Part shown: positions 58,585 through 64,000 of the stretch, piece after piece
Layout: every line of letters starts with the position of its first letter
Numbering within the stretch: the stretch's first letter is position 1
Assembly: GCA_963720755.1 (NCBI GenBank)
Contig: CAVRGP010000011.1
Coordinates: forward strand, 288,001-352,000
Length of the DNA: 64,000 nt
Origin: an uncultured Chloroflexia bacterium
GTDB taxonomy: Bacteria; Chloroflexota; Limnocylindria; Limnocylindrales; CSP1-4
Direction: 5' to 3'
Notes under the pieces: generated by a model
Told to the model about the DNA's origin: nothing
Database searches by the model: none
What the model saw: only the letters and a program-made list of their open reading frames with translations
Position numbers and translations under genes: made by a program

Positions 58585-58944
58585 TCACATCTCCATCGGG
58601 CTCATGAGCTGGAAGTAGTTGTCGTCCGGATCCGCGAAGGTCGCGATCTTCGACCCGGGCATGGACTCGAAGCTGTACGGCTCGGCGATGACGATGGCGC
58701 CGGCCGCCTTCATTCGGTCGAAGTCGGCCTGGACGTCCTGGCTTTCGATGTTCCAGATGATCCGCCCGGGCTGGGCGTTCTTGCCCGTGACCTCCGAGTG
58801 CGGGCCGACGGTCAGGAACCCGGAACCGAGCTGCCAGCCGGTGTAGCCGCCGTCCCCGAAGCCGGGTGCGCCGAACACTCGTGTGTAGTACTCGACCAGA
58901 CGTCCGGGATCCTCGGACCCGATGAGGATGCTGTTGAAATCCAT
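58585..58944 (-). CDS. VOC/glyoxalase family protein
   Basis: AGGAGG RBS; FADPDDNYFQL. Confidence 0.9.
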   Translation of the reverse strand: MDFNSILIGSEDPGRLVEYYTRVFGAPGFGDGGYTGWQLGSGFLTVGPHSEVTGKNAQPGRIIWNIESQDVQADFDRMKAAGAIVIAEPYSFESMPGSKIATFADPDDNYFQLMSPMEM

Positions 58945-59025
58945 GTCGCCTCCTGCCGATTCGCGTTGCGCGTGTTGACCTCAGCATGACGCATCGTCAG
59001 ATCACGAGGGCGACCGGATCCTCGC

Positions 59026-60183
59026 CTACGCGATGGGGGCCGTGTCGGTCCCCTCGTCCGATCCCGCGCCCTCGATGACAACGATCGCGATCAGCGCGGC
59101 CGCGACCACGACGAGCGCCCAGACGGGTTGCTGGGTGGCCACGACGAGCAACAGCACCGCCATCCCGACCAGGATCAGGAGCCGCGGTCCAAGGATCGGG
59201 CCACCGAGGATCCGCAACGACAGCGCGGAGCAGGCGACAAAGAGCGACACGCCGATGCCGAGGGCGGCCAGTACGGCCGCTGATGCGGGCTCATCCGGAT
59301 GCGCGACGATCTCCTCGATCGCGACGGCGAACCCGACGATGCCACCGATCAACGGGAAGTGGGCCAGGCTGAAGGCATCCCGCGCCAGCGGCCCGAGCCG
59401 CTCGGCGGGTGCCGCCGCGAACCGGTGTTCGAGCGACTCCTTCAGCCAGCCGAAGTACGTCCACCAGAGCAGGCAGGCGACCAGGATCGCGGCGGTCGCG
59501 GCACCGACCAGAGCCCACGATCGTTCGTCACCGGCGGCGGCCGACCCGGCGACGATGAGCGACTCGCCGATCGCGATGATCACGAACAAGCCATGCCGCT
59601 CGGAAAGGTGGGCCGGGTTCAGGTCCCATGTCGCCTGCCCGGCCACCGAGGCCGCAACGAGGTCGGCGACGATGGCCAGGGACCAGATCCACGGCCGAAG
59701 CGATGGCGCCGCGATCGCTCCACCGAGCACGAATACCAGGCCGATCAACGAGAGGGTGGCCCACATGACGGTCCCGGCCTGGCCGCCAGCGTCCTGTTCG
59801 CGACCGACCCGGACCTGGAGACCGAGCCCGAGGAGGCGTACCACGACGTACGGGACGGCGAACCACAGCGCATCATCGGCGAACGCTCGTGGGACGGACG
59901 CGGCCATGACGAGGGCGACACCGGTCGCCGCAAGGGTCACCACGCGAACGATCGGGTGGTTCGTGTCAGCCGGGTTCAGGGTCCACGTGAACTGGGTCCA
60001 GGCCCACCAGATCAACCATCCGAGCAGGATGGATCGGACCAGGCCGTTCGGCGTCAGGTCGTCGGCGGTGGCCGCGGTGATCTGGGTCACCGCGAAGACG
60101 AAGACGAGGTCGAAGAACAGCTCGACGAACGTGACCGCCTGCGGTTCGGACGCCCGCAGGCGGAAGCGAGGGGTCGCGGTCAC
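59026..60183 (-). CDS. Low temperature requirement protein A (LtrA) family membrane protein
   Basis: VTFVELFFDLVFVFAVTQ, WWAW, HLSERHGLFVIIAIGES, LWWTYF. Confidence 0.92.
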   Translation of the reverse strand: MTATPRFRLRASEPQAVTFVELFFDLVFVFAVTQITAATADDLTPNGLVRSILLGWLIWWAWTQFTWTLNPADTNHPIVRVVTLAATGVALVMAASVPRAFADDALWFAVPYVVVRLLGLGLQVRVGREQDAGGQAGTVMWATLSLIGLVFVLGGAIAAPSLRPWIWSLAIVADLVAASVAGQATWDLNPAHLSERHGLFVIIAIGESLIVAGSAAAGDERSWALVGAATAAILVACLLWWTYFGWLKESLEHRFAAAPAERLGPLARDAFSLAHFPLIGGIVGFAVAIEEIVAHPDEPASAAVLAALGIGVSLFVACSALSLRILGGPILGPRLLILVGMAVLLLVVATQQPVWALVVVAAALIAIVVIEGAGSDEGTDTAPIA

Positions 60184-60208
60184 CGCGTCGAGCGCGCGAT
60201 CCAGCCGA

Positions 60209-63334
<3,126 letters not shown>

Positions 63335-63498
63335 CGGTGTCGTTCCTCCTCCGTCCCTGCCCTGATGCGACAGCGGTAGCTGCGCGGGTCACGCGTCGTC
63401 GGCTGTGTTCCGAGGTGGTCCTGGGGGCCGCTCGCCACCGGCGGTCTGGCCGGTGAGGGAGCGTGTGGGCGTCTCGGTCTGATCTGGCGACCCGGCGA

Positions 63499-63527
63499 AC
63501 GATACGCCGTCGGTTGATCAGCGTCAA
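63499..63527 (-). promoter_or_regulatory. Sigma70 promoter of nrdJ
   Basis: Minus strand TTGACG-17 bp-TATCGT. Confidence 0.7.
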
Positions 63528-63535
63528 CCCCAAAA

Positions 63536-63584
63536 ACACAAGATGTTGTGGTCCGAACGCCATCAGTCACGCTAGATGTGGTGG
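63536..63584. promoter_or_regulatory. Tandem NrdR boxes
   Basis: ACACAAGATGTTGTGG (63536) and ACGCTAGATGTGGTGG (63569) compared with consensus acaCwAtATaTwGtg; 33 bp apart, upstream of an RNR gene. Confidence 0.8.
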
Positions 63585-63600
63585 TTTCGCGATCCGGACG

Positions 63601-63705
63601 ATCTCCACGCTCGCGGCCCCCTCGTCCACAGGACCGAGCGATCCGTCCACATCGCGCCGGACGGTTGTCCACGCCCGGTCCCCAGACCCCGATCGGTTGT
63701 CCACG
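63601..63705 (+). promoter_or_regulatory. Phased DnaA-box-like sites
   Basis: NNNTCCACR 9-mers at 63601, 63622, 63643, 63665 and 63697; the last two are TTGTCCACG. Confidence 0.55.
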
Positions 63706-63841
63706 GACGGCTCTGACCTCGCGAAATCGTACAGGCGTTCGACACGCGCGGTCCGGGGCGCACGACGATCGGATCGTCCGGAGACCCGACACCGCGTCGC
63801 TGGGCGGAGCGGACACGCAGGCCGGAAGCGACTCCGGCACC

Positions 63842-64000
63842 CGGCAGGATCCGCTCGACCGGTCCGCGGCAGGATCCGCTCGACCGGTCCGCGGCAGGAT
63901 CCGCTCGACCGGTCCGCGGCAGGATCCGCTCGACCGGTACCCGGCAGCGTCCTCGCGCCCAGCACCTGGCAGGGTCCTCGCGCCCAGCACCGGCAGGGTC
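63842..64000 (+). repeat. Tandem array of about 25-bp units, continuing past the right edge
   Basis: About 4 copies of CGGCAGGATCCGCTCGACCGGTCCG, then 2+ copies of the related (C/T)GGCAG(C/G)GTCCTCGCGCCCAGCAC. Confidence 0.9.

Noticed and set aside
63335-63498. Cobalamin riboswitch upstream of nrdJ
   Set aside because: No B12-box or GGGAA/GCCACUG core is visible.
63842-64000. CRISPR array
   Set aside because: The units are directly adjacent with no unique spacers, and there are no cas genes.

Overview
GC-rich bacterial chromosome segment of about 65 densely packed genes. The gene families suggest Chloroflexota, possibly Limnocylindria/Ellin6529 (inference). There is no rRNA, tRNA, CRISPR array, integrase or transposase. 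Housekeeping and catabolic genes include acs, moaA, a purine nucleoside phosphorylase, thyX, nrdJ, a DEAD-box helicase, ybaK, a peptide ABC importer with CocE/SolA enzymes, three DNA glycosylases and several secreted hydrolases. Elements the ORF track misses: (i) a c-di-GMP-I riboswitch on a 35-aa signal-peptide-like microprotein gene, divergent from a secreted C39-like peptidase; (ii) a probable 6S RNA behind a DnaA-box-rich promoter; (iii) tandem NrdR boxes, helically phased DnaA-like boxes and a 25-bp tandem array upstream of nrdJ; (iv) a 45-aa zinc-ribbon protein; (v) an RBS-sequestering leader hairpin. Notable proteins: a GIY-YIG-like domain fused to an intact GreA, a cNMP-binder/class III cyclase-STAND-TPR/thyX operon, a GGDEF protein retaining only the I-site, and an operon in which three proteins share a SHOCT-like motif. 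All family calls come from motif recognition by eye; no database search was run.
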